In this document: positions 55,823 to 64,000 of the stretch, one piece after another
Layout: each line of letters starts with the position of its first letter
How positions within the stretch are numbered: the first letter of the stretch is position 1
NCBI GenBank assembly: GCA_003243965.1
Contig: QHBO01000045.1
Location: forward strand, 38,552-102,551
DNA length: 64,000 nucleotides
Direction of reading: 5' to 3'
Origin: Chloroflexota bacterium
GTDB taxonomy: Bacteria; Chloroflexota; Limnocylindria; QHBO01
Made by a program: the position numbers and the translations under genes
Notes under the pieces: model-generated
Databases searched by the model: none
Told to the model about the DNA's origin: nothing
Seen by the model: only the letters and a program-made list of their open reading frames with translations

Positions 55823-57693
55823 GCAACGCCCGGCGGGACTGGCAGCAGCGGATCCATCTCCGCAGCGACACCGGCGGCGAGGCCGCACCGTACCTCGACG
55901 CGCCCACCGGATTGCAGGCCTCGTCGGGCCGCGGCCAGGTCACCCTGTCGTGGTCTCCCGTTCGCGGCGCGGTGGGCTATGTCGTTCTGCGCGCTGCAAC
56001 GGCGGCAGGCCCCTACCAGCCGGTCGATACCGGCCGGCCCGACGTCATGGCCGTGCCCGCTCCCCCATTCGCCGACACCACCGCGCCGGTCGATGCGGGA
56101 GCCTGGTACGTCGTGGCTGGGATCTCGGTGGCCGGCAACGGCCCCGGTTATCCCGGTGCGATGGGCGCGCGCAGCGAGCCCACCTGCGCCGCGCCGTGGG
56201 CCAAAGGCGGCGCGCTCGCATCGGTCCGCGTGACGGTCGACGCGTCGCAGCCGGCCGGTGCGCTCGACCGTCCGTGGCGACCGGTCATCGGCTCAGAGCA
56301 CCTTTCCCAGCTGCACTACGACGGAGCGCCGGGCGACGTGAACATCGGGCAGGAGTTCGGGGAGGCACTCCGGTTGGCGCATGCGGAGCTCGGCGTCGGC
56401 GCGGTGCGTGCCCACGCGATCCTCCACGATGAGCTCGCCGTCTACCGCGAGCTCGACGGGCAGCCGGTCCACGACTTCGCCGGGATCGACCGCGTCTACG
56501 ACACCCTCCTGGCACTCGGCCTGCGTCCGGTCGTGGAGCTGTCGTTCATGCCCGCCGCGTTGGCAGCAGATCCTGGCAAGACGGTCTTCGTCTACCAGGC
56601 GCACGTATCGCCACCGCGCGACTGGGATCGCTGGGAGGCGCTCGTCGGCGACCTCGTGGCGCACCTGGTGGATCGCTACGGACGCGACGAGGTCCGAAGC
56701 TGGGCCTTCGAGGTCTGGAACGAGCCGAATCTCGCGGTCTTCTGGAGCGGGACGCGGGAGGAGTATCTGCGCCTGTACCAAACGACCGCCCGCGCCGTGA
56801 AATCGGTCGACCCGGGGATCCGCATCGCCGGACCGGCATCGGCGGCGGCGGGCTGGATCGATGAGCTTCTCGCCTTCTGCGCGGAGACCGGCACGCCGCT
56901 GGACATCCTGACCACCCACACGTACGGCAACCTGCCCCTCGACCTTCGGGATGCGCTCGAGCGCCACGGCTTCCCGCGCGACCTTCCGATCTGGTGGACG
57001 GAGTGGGGCGTGAACGCGACGCACTTCAATCCGCTCCACGATTCGCCATTCGCTGCGGCGTTCCTGGTCAGCGGCATGGCCGGCGTCATGGGCCGACTGG
57101 AGTCGCTTGCCTACTGGGTCGTGAGCGATCACTTCGAGGAGCTCGGGCGACCGACGGCACTGCTCCACGGGGGGTTCGGCCTGCTGTCGGTCGGCAACCT
57201 GCGCAAGCCGCGGTGGTGGGCGCTGCACATGCTCGAGTCGCTCGGCGACGAGCGTGTCTGTGTCGAGGTCGAGGGGGACGGGGCGCGTTCGCTCGTGGAC
57301 GGAATCGCCACGCGCCTACCCGGCGGCGGCCTGCGGGTCCTCGTCTGGAACGCGACGATCGACCACGCCAAGGCGAACGGTGATCCGCTGCTCGACCGCC
57401 GCCTCCTTCTCTCCCTCCGCGGCCTGGCCGATGGGCCCTGGACCGTGCGCCACTACCGCGTCGATGAGCAGCACTCGAATATCGCGCGCGAGTGGCGCGC
57501 GATGGCCAACGGCCGCGACTGGCCCGACGAGGCAACCTGGGCGGAGCTGCGTCGCCGCAACCTACTCGAGGAGCTCGAGCCGATGCGGACCGTCGAGACG
57601 CGGGCGGGTGCGGTTGATCTCGCCTTCGACCTGCCGATGCCGGCCGTCTCGCTGCTCGATCTCACGCCACCGGCCGGTTCGCCTGCCGCGTGA
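55819..57693 (+). CDS. GH39 glycoside hydrolase with N-terminal FN3-like domain
   Basis: VRAHAILHD, ELSFMP, FEVWNEPN, WTEW and DHFEE motifs; APTGL...V.LSW..V.GA.GY FN3 pattern. Confidence 0.9.
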   Translation: MSNARRDWQQRIHLRSDTGGEAAPYLDAPTGLQASSGRGQVTLSWSPVRGAVGYVVLRAATAAGPYQPVDTGRPDVMAVPAPPFADTTAPVDAGAWYVVAGISVAGNGPGYPGAMGARSEPTCAAPWAKGGALASVRVTVDASQPAGALDRPWRPVIGSEHLSQLHYDGAPGDVNIGQEFGEALRLAHAELGVGAVRAHAILHDELAVYRELDGQPVHDFAGIDRVYDTLLALGLRPVVELSFMPAALAADPGKTVFVYQAHVSPPRDWDRWEALVGDLVAHLVDRYGRDEVRSWAFEVWNEPNLAVFWSGTREEYLRLYQTTARAVKSVDPGIRIAGPASAAAGWIDELLAFCAETGTPLDILTTHTYGNLPLDLRDALERHGFPRDLPIWWTEWGVNATHFNPLHDSPFAAAFLVSGMAGVMGRLESLAYWVVSDHFEELGRPTALLHGGFGLLSVGNLRKPRWWALHMLESLGDERVCVEVEGDGARSLVDGIATRLPGGGLRVLVWNATIDHAKANGDPLLDRRLLLSLRGLADGPWTVRHYRVDEQHSNIAREWRAMANGRDWPDEATWAELRRRNLLEELEPMRTVETRAGAVDLAFDLPMPAVSLLDLTPPAGSPAA

Positions 57694-58936
57694 CCGGCGC
57701 GGTCGGCCTGCACCGCGGGCGTACCCCCACCGGCTCGGGGTGCCGCGTGCGGCCCGAATCGGCCGCGTGCTGCGCGGCGATCGCTGTTGACAGGCTTCCG
57801 TACATGTCCGCACCGCTGACCGCCGGCGACCGTCCGCCGCGCACCGCCTCGACCAGGTCGGCCACGCCGGCACGCACACTCTCGCGATAGACGGCGGTCT
57901 TGGCCGCTTCGCCCCCGAGCGTGGCCCGGATCTCGACGCGTTGAGTCACCCGGCGCGCGGTGTCCCGGGCGCGCCACATGTCGGCGTTGCGGAGCTCCGT
58001 GACGTGCAGATCGATCGCCTCGCGGCCGGAGGGTCGCACGTGCGGAACGCCCAGCGCCGCGGCCGGATCGGCGAGCAACCGTTCGAGGAGGGAGGCGCCG
58101 TCCGCATCGGTCCACGATTCAAGATCGAGCTCGACCGGGATCCAGCCACGCAGCTGGCCACGCGCAAAGCCCCAGTCGAGGAGGATGGCCTGGTATTCGC
58201 CCCGGTCGGGATGGGTGAAGGCGTGGTGATAGCTCGCCGTGCCGCCGCCCGGATGGACGCTGCTGGCGACAACCGTGTCGACCGCGCCGGCGGCACCTAC
58301 GACCTGAAGCGCCTGGATGACGAGCGGCTGGCTCTCGTACAGCCAGGCGGCGGCGTCGAAGAAGTGGACACCGTGTTCGACGAAGATGCCGCCACTCTGG
58401 TCGCGTTCCCAGAACCAGTGGCCCGCCGGCAGCTGCTCGTCGCCGGCGAGGTTCTCGAGCGCAAAGCGCTGCAGCGCCCCGAGCACAGCGCTGCCGTCTG
58501 CGCGTTGCAGCGCCTGGAGCCGGCGCAGCAGCCAGTACAGCGGGTTCCATCGCATGACGTAGTCGACCGTGACACGCGTGCCGAGTCGCTCGGACGCCTC
58601 GAGGGCCGAGCGCGCGGCCGCGAGATCGGTGGCCAGCGGCTTCTCGCAAAACACGTGCTTTCCGGCCTCCGCCGCGGCGCGGAGCATCGGTCCGTGGGTC
58701 ACCGGAGGCGTGGAGATGATGACGACGTCCACCGCAGCCATCGCGATCAGCGTCTCGAAATCGCGCACCGTCCGGGCGTCGTGCGCGATGGCGAGGTCCG
58801 ATGCCCGCTCCGAATCGACGTCGGTGACCGCAACGACAGCAGCGTCCGGCAGGTCGGCGATCGCCGCGAGGCAGAACGCTCCGAATCGGCCGCAGCCGAC
58901 GAGCCCAAGGCCGAGTGGCGCGTGCGGGCCACTCAC
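57662..58936 (-). CDS. Gfo/Idh/MocA family oxidoreductase
   Basis: GLVGCGRFG, HVFCEKPLA and SGGIFVEHGVHFFD motifs; GTGA overlap with the GH130 gene. Confidence 0.9.
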   Translation of the reverse strand: MSGPHAPLGLGLVGCGRFGAFCLAAIADLPDAAVVAVTDVDSERASDLAIAHDARTVRDFETLIAMAAVDVVIISTPPVTHGPMLRAAAEAGKHVFCEKPLATDLAAARSALEASERLGTRVTVDYVMRWNPLYWLLRRLQALQRADGSAVLGALQRFALENLAGDEQLPAGHWFWERDQSGGIFVEHGVHFFDAAAWLYESQPLVIQALQVVGAAGAVDTVVASSVHPGGGTASYHHAFTHPDRGEYQAILLDWGFARGQLRGWIPVELDLESWTDADGASLLERLLADPAAALGVPHVRPSGREAIDLHVTELRNADMWRARDTARRVTQRVEIRATLGGEAAKTAVYRESVRAGVADLVEAVRGGRSPAVSGADMYGSLSTAIAAQHAADSGRTRHPEPVGVRPRCRPTAPVTRQANRPVA

Positions 58937-60045
58937 GCCTGGGGTCCGGTGCGACTCAGGCGGGCGACGCCGATCCGCGAGTCGGCCATTCCGTAGTACA
59001 CCTCGTAGGCCGCGGAGCCGTCCCCCTCCACGCGTTCGATGGCCGTCGGGAACACAACGTTCGGCACGGTCCCGCTCCGCTCTTCGGGCAGCTCGGGCTC
59101 GAGGAGCGGGCGCGGAGAGCGGGCCACGACGCGCGTCACATCGGAGGCATCCAGGACGAGCGCGCCGGCCGAGTAGCGCACGTCCGGCTGAAGCTGCCAG
59201 CCCCGGACGAGCGTGCCGCTGACGCCGTGATACAGCAGCAGCCAGCCCTCGGGGATGCGGATCGGCGGTGCCCCACCTCCGATCTTGAGTGCCTCCCAGG
59301 CGTGCTCGGGGAGCGCGACGACGTGGTGCTCCTCGAGGCGGGCGAGCGCTCGCACATCGGCCTCGACGGCGGCCGCGTCGACGAAGCTCACCCAGATTCC
59401 CGGCCGTGGATCGGCGAGACCAGCCGGCAGCCGGTCTCCCTCCCCCGCGCGGGCGACCCACAGATCCCACATCGGCCGGTGCAGCACGGCATACCCGAGC
59501 TTGCCGTCCGGCTTGGGCACCGGCTCCGGGAAGAGGAGCGCATCCTTGTTGGGGTACAGGTTCAGATCGGTTGCCAGCCGCGGGTCGTAGGCGAACGAGA
59601 CCGGCCCGAGCCGCTCCCAGCGCTCCAGGTCGGCGGATGATGCGAGACCGATGCGCGGCCCCAGCGGACCGAAGGCGACATAGGTCATGATCCAGCGGCC
59701 GAGGCGCGGCAGGTAGGTGATCCGCGGGTCCTCGACTCCCCCGCCCCCGGCGTGGAGCTCCCAGGCATCCTGAGGCTCGAGGACCACACCGAGGCGCTCG
59801 ACGTCGAACGGGATCCCCGCCTGATCGCGGATGACGCGCGCACGCCCGATCCGCGAGTAGTTGCCCTCCGCCACCAGGCGCGGGAACAGGTAGACCTCGT
59901 CTCCCTTGCGGGCGGAGGCAGGGTTCAGCACTCCCCAGGCCTCGAGCGGTGCGTCCGGGAGGGGCGCCATGACCACCCCGAGCCGCTCGAGCCCGAAGGG
60001 AACGGTGCCGATCGTCCCGTCCTGGGTTCGCGGGGACGCGGTCAT
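58933..60045 (-). CDS. GH130 family beta-mannoside phosphorylase/hydrolase
   Basis: VLNPA, GVEDPRIT, NKDALLFPE, HRP, WLLLYHGV and VPNVVFP motifs. Confidence 0.9.
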   Translation of the reverse strand: MTASPRTQDGTIGTVPFGLERLGVVMAPLPDAPLEAWGVLNPASARKGDEVYLFPRLVAEGNYSRIGRARVIRDQAGIPFDVERLGVVLEPQDAWELHAGGGGVEDPRITYLPRLGRWIMTYVAFGPLGPRIGLASSADLERWERLGPVSFAYDPRLATDLNLYPNKDALLFPEPVPKPDGKLGYAVLHRPMWDLWVARAGEGDRLPAGLADPRPGIWVSFVDAAAVEADVRALARLEEHHVVALPEHAWEALKIGGGAPPIRIPEGWLLLYHGVSGTLVRGWQLQPDVRYSAGALVLDASDVTRVVARSPRPLLEPELPEERSGTVPNVVFPTAIERVEGDGSAAYEVYYGMADSRIGVARLSRTGPQA

Positions 60046-60070
60046 CGGCCTGCGACGGCCCGCAGCTGAC

Positions 60071-60967
60071 TCATCCCTTGACGCCGGACCCGAGGTTGGA
60101 CTGGATGAACTGGCGCTGGAAGACGACGAACACCACGACGGCCGGGACGGCGAGCACCACCGCTCCTGCGAGGATCGAGCCGAACGGGTTCGCAGCCCGC
60201 GCCGCAACCGTCGAGATGTAATTGGCGAGCGCGACGGCCAGCGGCTGGAGGTCGTGCTGCTTGGTGATCAGGAACGGCCACAGGAACTCGTTCCAGGGCC
60301 CGATGAACGTGACGATCAAGGCTGTGATGATCGCCGGTTGCGCGAGCGGGACCGCGATCCGGCGCAGGATCATGAACTCGGAGGCGCCGTCGATACGCGC
60401 CGACTCGAACAGCTCGCGGGGCAGCTGCAGGAAGAATTGGCGGAAGATGAACACCGCCGTCGCGTTGACCGCAAAGGGCAGGATCATCCCGAGGTAGCTG
60501 TCTGACAGGCCGTAGGTGCGCACGATCAGCACGTAGAGCGGGATCATGAACAGCTGGAATGGCAGCACCAGGATCAGCAACATGAGGTTGAACACCAGGC
60601 TGCGACCGCGAAACTCCAGCTGGGCCAGCGCGTAGCCGGCCAGCAGACCGATGACGAAGGTGGCCAGCAGCACGCCGCCGGTGAAAATCCCCGAGTTGAT
60701 CAGCGTCCGGACCAGGTCGACCTGGGCGTTGATGTCCACGAAGTTGGCGAGCGTCAGGTTCGCCGGATTCGGAAAGGCACCCGAGATGTCGGTCTGTGGC
60801 GCCCGCTGGAGCGCTCCGACCACCATGTAGTAGAAGGGGAAGAGGAAGACGAGGGCGCCGAGGACCAGAACGACCAGCCCCGCCACCCTGCCCCAGGAAA
60901 CGCCACGGCTGGATTGCGGCGCGGCGACGCGCGGCGAGCCGCGATCGCTCCCGACCGGAGTGGTCAT
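60071..60967 (-). CDS. Sugar ABC transporter permease
   Basis: ELFESARIDGA, WNEFLWP and C-terminal GVKG. Confidence 0.95.
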   Translation of the reverse strand: MTTPVGSDRGSPRVAAPQSSRGVSWGRVAGLVVLVLGALVFLFPFYYMVVGALQRAPQTDISGAFPNPANLTLANFVDINAQVDLVRTLINSGIFTGGVLLATFVIGLLAGYALAQLEFRGRSLVFNLMLLILVLPFQLFMIPLYVLIVRTYGLSDSYLGMILPFAVNATAVFIFRQFFLQLPRELFESARIDGASEFMILRRIAVPLAQPAIITALIVTFIGPWNEFLWPFLITKQHDLQPLAVALANYISTVAARAANPFGSILAGAVVLAVPAVVVFVVFQRQFIQSNLGSGVKG

Positions 60968-60970
60968 CGG

Positions 60971-61879
60971 TTACTCCCTCTCGAGCACGAAGCGATTGAC
61001 CGCAGAGATCGCCATCACCGCGATCGCCAGGACCGCTCCGATGGCGGCGGCGTATCCCGCGTGACCCTGCTCGATCCCCTGCCGGTACATCAGCAGCACG
61101 GGTGACATGGATGCCCCGTCCGGTCCGCCGCCGCCGGTCAGCAGGTAGGGCTCGGTGAAGAGGTTCGCCCCGACGATGGTGGCCAGGATGACGACCAGGG
61201 TGGTCGCCGGGCGCACCCCGGGCACAGTGATGGTCATGAACCGCCGCACGACGCCGGCGCCATCGACCTCTGCCGCCTCGTACAGCTCCTTGGGGATGTT
61301 CTGCAGCGCGGCGAGGTACAGCAGCACGTAGAAGCCGAGCTGTTTCCAGGTCACCACCAGGGCGATGATCGGCATCGCCCAGAACTCGTTGACCAGCCAC
61401 GACGGATTGGGGGCCAGCGGGCCGAAGACGCCGTTGAGTAGGCCGCCGCCGGAGAAGAGCCAGAGCCAGACGCCGATGACCGCGACGCTGGCGGTCACAT
61501 ACGGGATGTAGTAGCTGGTACGGAAGAAGGCCCGGAACGGCAATCGGGCATTGAGGGCCGACGCCAGCACCAACGAGAGCGCCACCGTCAGCGGCACGTT
61601 GATGATGATGAACTCCGCCACGTTGAGCAGCGCGCGCTGGAAGACCGGGTCGCCAAGGATCTGGGCGTAGTTGCGCAACCCGACGAACGGGCGGTCAACC
61701 TCCGCCCCGGGGGCGGCGAAGAAGTAGTCGAAGAACGAGATGTAGATGGCCAGCAGCAGCGGGTACGCAAACAGGCCGGCCAAGAAAAGGACGTAGGGGC
61801 CGATGAATGCGTAACCGATCGGGTCGCGCCCGATCCATGTGCGCAACCGGCCCCCGCGTCGGGCGGACACGACCGCCAT
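60971..61879 (-). CDS. Sugar ABC transporter permease
   Basis: ELYEAAEVDGA; TMs; ATG 61879 follows the SBP stop. Confidence 0.94.
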   Translation of the reverse strand: MAVVSARRGGRLRTWIGRDPIGYAFIGPYVLFLAGLFAYPLLLAIYISFFDYFFAAPGAEVDRPFVGLRNYAQILGDPVFQRALLNVAEFIIINVPLTVALSLVLASALNARLPFRAFFRTSYYIPYVTASVAVIGVWLWLFSGGGLLNGVFGPLAPNPSWLVNEFWAMPIIALVVTWKQLGFYVLLYLAALQNIPKELYEAAEVDGAGVVRRFMTITVPGVRPATTLVVILATIVGANLFTEPYLLTGGGGPDGASMSPVLLMYRQGIEQGHAGYAAAIGAVLAIAVMAISAVNRFVLERE

Positions 61880-61883
61880 GCCG

Positions 61884-63179
61884 TCAGCCCCCGCTAACCA
61901 GCGACTTGATCTTGTCAGCCGCCTCCTTGAACGCCTGGTCGATCGGTTTCTTGCCAAAGATCACCGATTCGCTGTAGGACGTCCGGAAGGTCTGCCACAT
62001 CTCGACCGAGTTCGGCACGCTCGGCACCTCCACGGTCCGGTTCGCCTGATCGGCGAACAGCTTGTACTCCGGGTGAGAGGTGAAGTAGTCCGGATAGGTG
62101 CCAGCCACATCGGCGCGCATCGGCATCTGACCGGTCAGCGTGAGCAGCTGTCCGTCGTTCTCCTTGCTCGTCGCAAACTTCAGGAAGTCCCAGGCGGTGC
62201 CGCGGTTCTTGCAACTGCTGTACATGCCGATGGACTTCTCGTCGCTGAAGGTGTGGATGTCCTTGGGATCCTTCCCATCCTTGGTCGGCACCGGCACGGC
62301 GCCCCACTGGACCTTGCCGCCGTAGACCGCGATGGCCCACGGTCCGACGATCGCCATTGCCGCCTTCTGTTCGCCGAACGAGTCTCCCTGGTACGCCTCC
62401 TTGGGTGCCAGGTTCTGCTCGTACAGGCTCTTCCAGAAGTTCGCGACGGCGACGCCATCGGCGCCGGTGAACTGCGGCTCGCCCTTCTCGACCAGCTGCT
62501 TGCCGCCGGTCTGGGCGATGAACAGCGGGTAGTAGTCGAACCACGGCTGATAGAACTCCGAGGTCGGCGACGGCCAGATTGCCGCCTTGACGCCACCCTT
62601 GGCCACCACGGTCTTGGCGGTCGCCAGGAACTCATCGTAGGTCTTCAGCGGGGGGTTGTCGGTGGCGATGCCTGCCTTGGCGAAGACCGTCTTGTTGTAG
62701 AAGATCATCACCGGGTTCGTCTTCCAGGGCATCTGGTAGAACTTGCCGTCGGTGAACTTGTACTGGTCAGCCCGATCGGCGGTGCGGGCCTTGATGTAGC
62801 TGGCCGCGTCGGGGAAGTCGTCGAGCGCCACCAGGCCGCCCTGCTTCTTGAACTGCGGCACCGCCGCCGGCGCGGTGTTGAAGATCAGGCACGGCGTGTT
62901 GCCCGCCGTGATCGAGGCGCCGATGACCTCCTCAGAGCTCTTGCCGGCGGGGATCTCCTCCCCGGTGACCTGCTCGTTGGGGTGACCCTTATTCCAGGCC
63001 GCGACCACGGCCTTGCCCCAGGCGACCTCCTCCTTGTTGTTCGAGTACCAGATCTTGATTGGGCCCTTCGCGCTGGCTGCGCTGGCGGGCGCTCCACTCC
63101 CGCCGCCACCGGTGCAGGCGGCGAGGAGCAGAACCAATGCGCTGGAGATACTTGCAAACCGGAACGAAGCGCGAAACAT
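61884..63179 (-). CDS. Sugar ABC transporter substrate-binding lipoprotein
   Basis: LLAAC lipobox; GAGGAG RBS; CUT1 SBP motifs. Confidence 0.93.
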   Translation of the reverse strand: MFRASFRFASISSALVLLLAACTGGGGSGAPASAASAKGPIKIWYSNNKEEVAWGKAVVAAWNKGHPNEQVTGEEIPAGKSSEEVIGASITAGNTPCLIFNTAPAAVPQFKKQGGLVALDDFPDAASYIKARTADRADQYKFTDGKFYQMPWKTNPVMIFYNKTVFAKAGIATDNPPLKTYDEFLATAKTVVAKGGVKAAIWPSPTSEFYQPWFDYYPLFIAQTGGKQLVEKGEPQFTGADGVAVANFWKSLYEQNLAPKEAYQGDSFGEQKAAMAIVGPWAIAVYGGKVQWGAVPVPTKDGKDPKDIHTFSDEKSIGMYSSCKNRGTAWDFLKFATSKENDGQLLTLTGQMPMRADVAGTYPDYFTSHPEYKLFADQANRTVEVPSVPNSVEMWQTFRTSYSESVIFGKKPIDQAFKEAADKIKSLVSGG

Positions 63180-63210
63180 GAGCAACACCTCTCCTCGATT
63201 CGACCGCTAT

Positions 63211-64000
63211 TCAGGCACCTGGTGGCGCGCTCGTCGAGGCGCGCTCGATGAAGATCACCGGGGTGAGCGTGACGTCGGGCATCGGCTCTCCCTCCACCAG
63301 CGCCACCAGACTCAGCGCCGCGGCGCGGCCCCAGTCGGTCGCGTCCCGACGCACGGTCGTCAGCGCCGGACGCACATGAGCGGCGAGCGGGATGTCGTCG
63401 AAACCCACCACCGACAGCTCGTCGGGAAGTGTCAGACCCGCGTCGATGGCCACCGACATGCCGGCGATGGCCATCAGATCGTTGGCATAGACGATGGCGG
63501 TCGGCGCCTGACGCAGCGCCAGCAGGTGGCGAGTGGCGGCAGCGCCGCCCTCGCCGGTGAAATCGCCCTCCGCGAACAGGCTCGGCTGCAGGCCGTTCGC
63601 GCGCAGCTCATCGGCCCACACCCGGCGCCGCGCCACGGAATGCACGTAGCCCGGCGCACCACCCACGTGCGCGATGCGCCGATGCCCGAGCGCGACGAGG
63701 TGTCGGACGGCCGCCCGGATCCCTTCACGATCATTGGTCTCGAGCCACGGGAGCGAGCCGCCGGCTGACGGGCGACCGATCGCCACGCCCGGCAGATCCA
63801 GATCGGTGAGCCATGCGAATCGGGGGTCGTCGATGCGCAGATCGGTCAGAAACACCCCATCGACGCGCCCCTCGTGCGCCAGGCGGCGATAGCTCGCGGC
63901 CTCTGCCTCCGGGCTCCCGTCAACGACCTGCAAGACGAGCGCGAGGCCGCGGCTGGCGAGGACCGATTCGACGCCCGCGATGAACGCGGGGAAGAACGGA
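63211..64000 (-). CDS. LacI-family regulator (3' part; HTH lies beyond window end)
   Basis: Frame stays open to the window edge (PFFPAFIAGVE...); ANDLMAIA, VVGFDD and PALTTVR motifs. Confidence 0.92.
   Translation of the reverse strand, partial: PFFPAFIAGVESVLASRGLALVLQVVDGSPEAEAASYRRLAHEGRVDGVFLTDLRIDDPRFAWLTDLDLPGVAIGRPSAGGSLPWLETNDREGIRAAVRHLVALGHRRIAHVGGAPGYVHSVARRRVWADELRANGLQPSLFAEGDFTGEGGAAATRHLLALRQAPTAIVYANDLMAIAGMSVAIDAGLTLPDELSVVGFDDIPLAAHVRPALTTVRRDATDWGRAAALSLVALVEGEPMPDVTLTPVIFIERASTSAPPGA

Noticed and set aside
1..64000. CRISPR arrays, IS elements, prophage genes, rRNA, canonical parS
   Set aside because: None seen in a by-eye scan; degenerate copies could have been missed.

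Overview
High-GC bacterial chromosome segment made mostly of housekeeping genes. Gene content suggests Chloroflexota, possibly Limnocylindria/Ellin6529; this is inference, not a database result. From left to right: the start of the dcw cluster (mraZ-rsmH-small ORF-ftsL-ftsI-murF-mraY, no murE); a reduced RNase P RNA; rnhA; sdhCDAB, icd and sucCD; a STAND adenylate cyclase; a tRNA(CAU)-pccB-accC-accB-mcm-mce propionyl-CoA module; parAB; a coproporphyrin-dependent heme operon headed by an unusual HTH regulator; a second, doubly frameshifted STAND cyclase; small regulators; an Acs-HAD fusion; a DUF853 ATPase; and two convergent LacI/ABC glycan-utilisation loci. I saw no CRISPR array, rRNA, transposase or prophage. 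The best candidate for a new system is a non-canonical ParABS. The 16-bp palindrome GTCTTTGCGCAAAGAC occurs three times within 3.2 kb around parAB: in an intergenic gap, in the parA promoter region beside a perfect DnaA box, and inside parB, where it forces rare codons. ParB also has a diverged recognition helix, and I saw no canonical parS. Many start codons were re-assigned by eye using RBS and overlap evidence.
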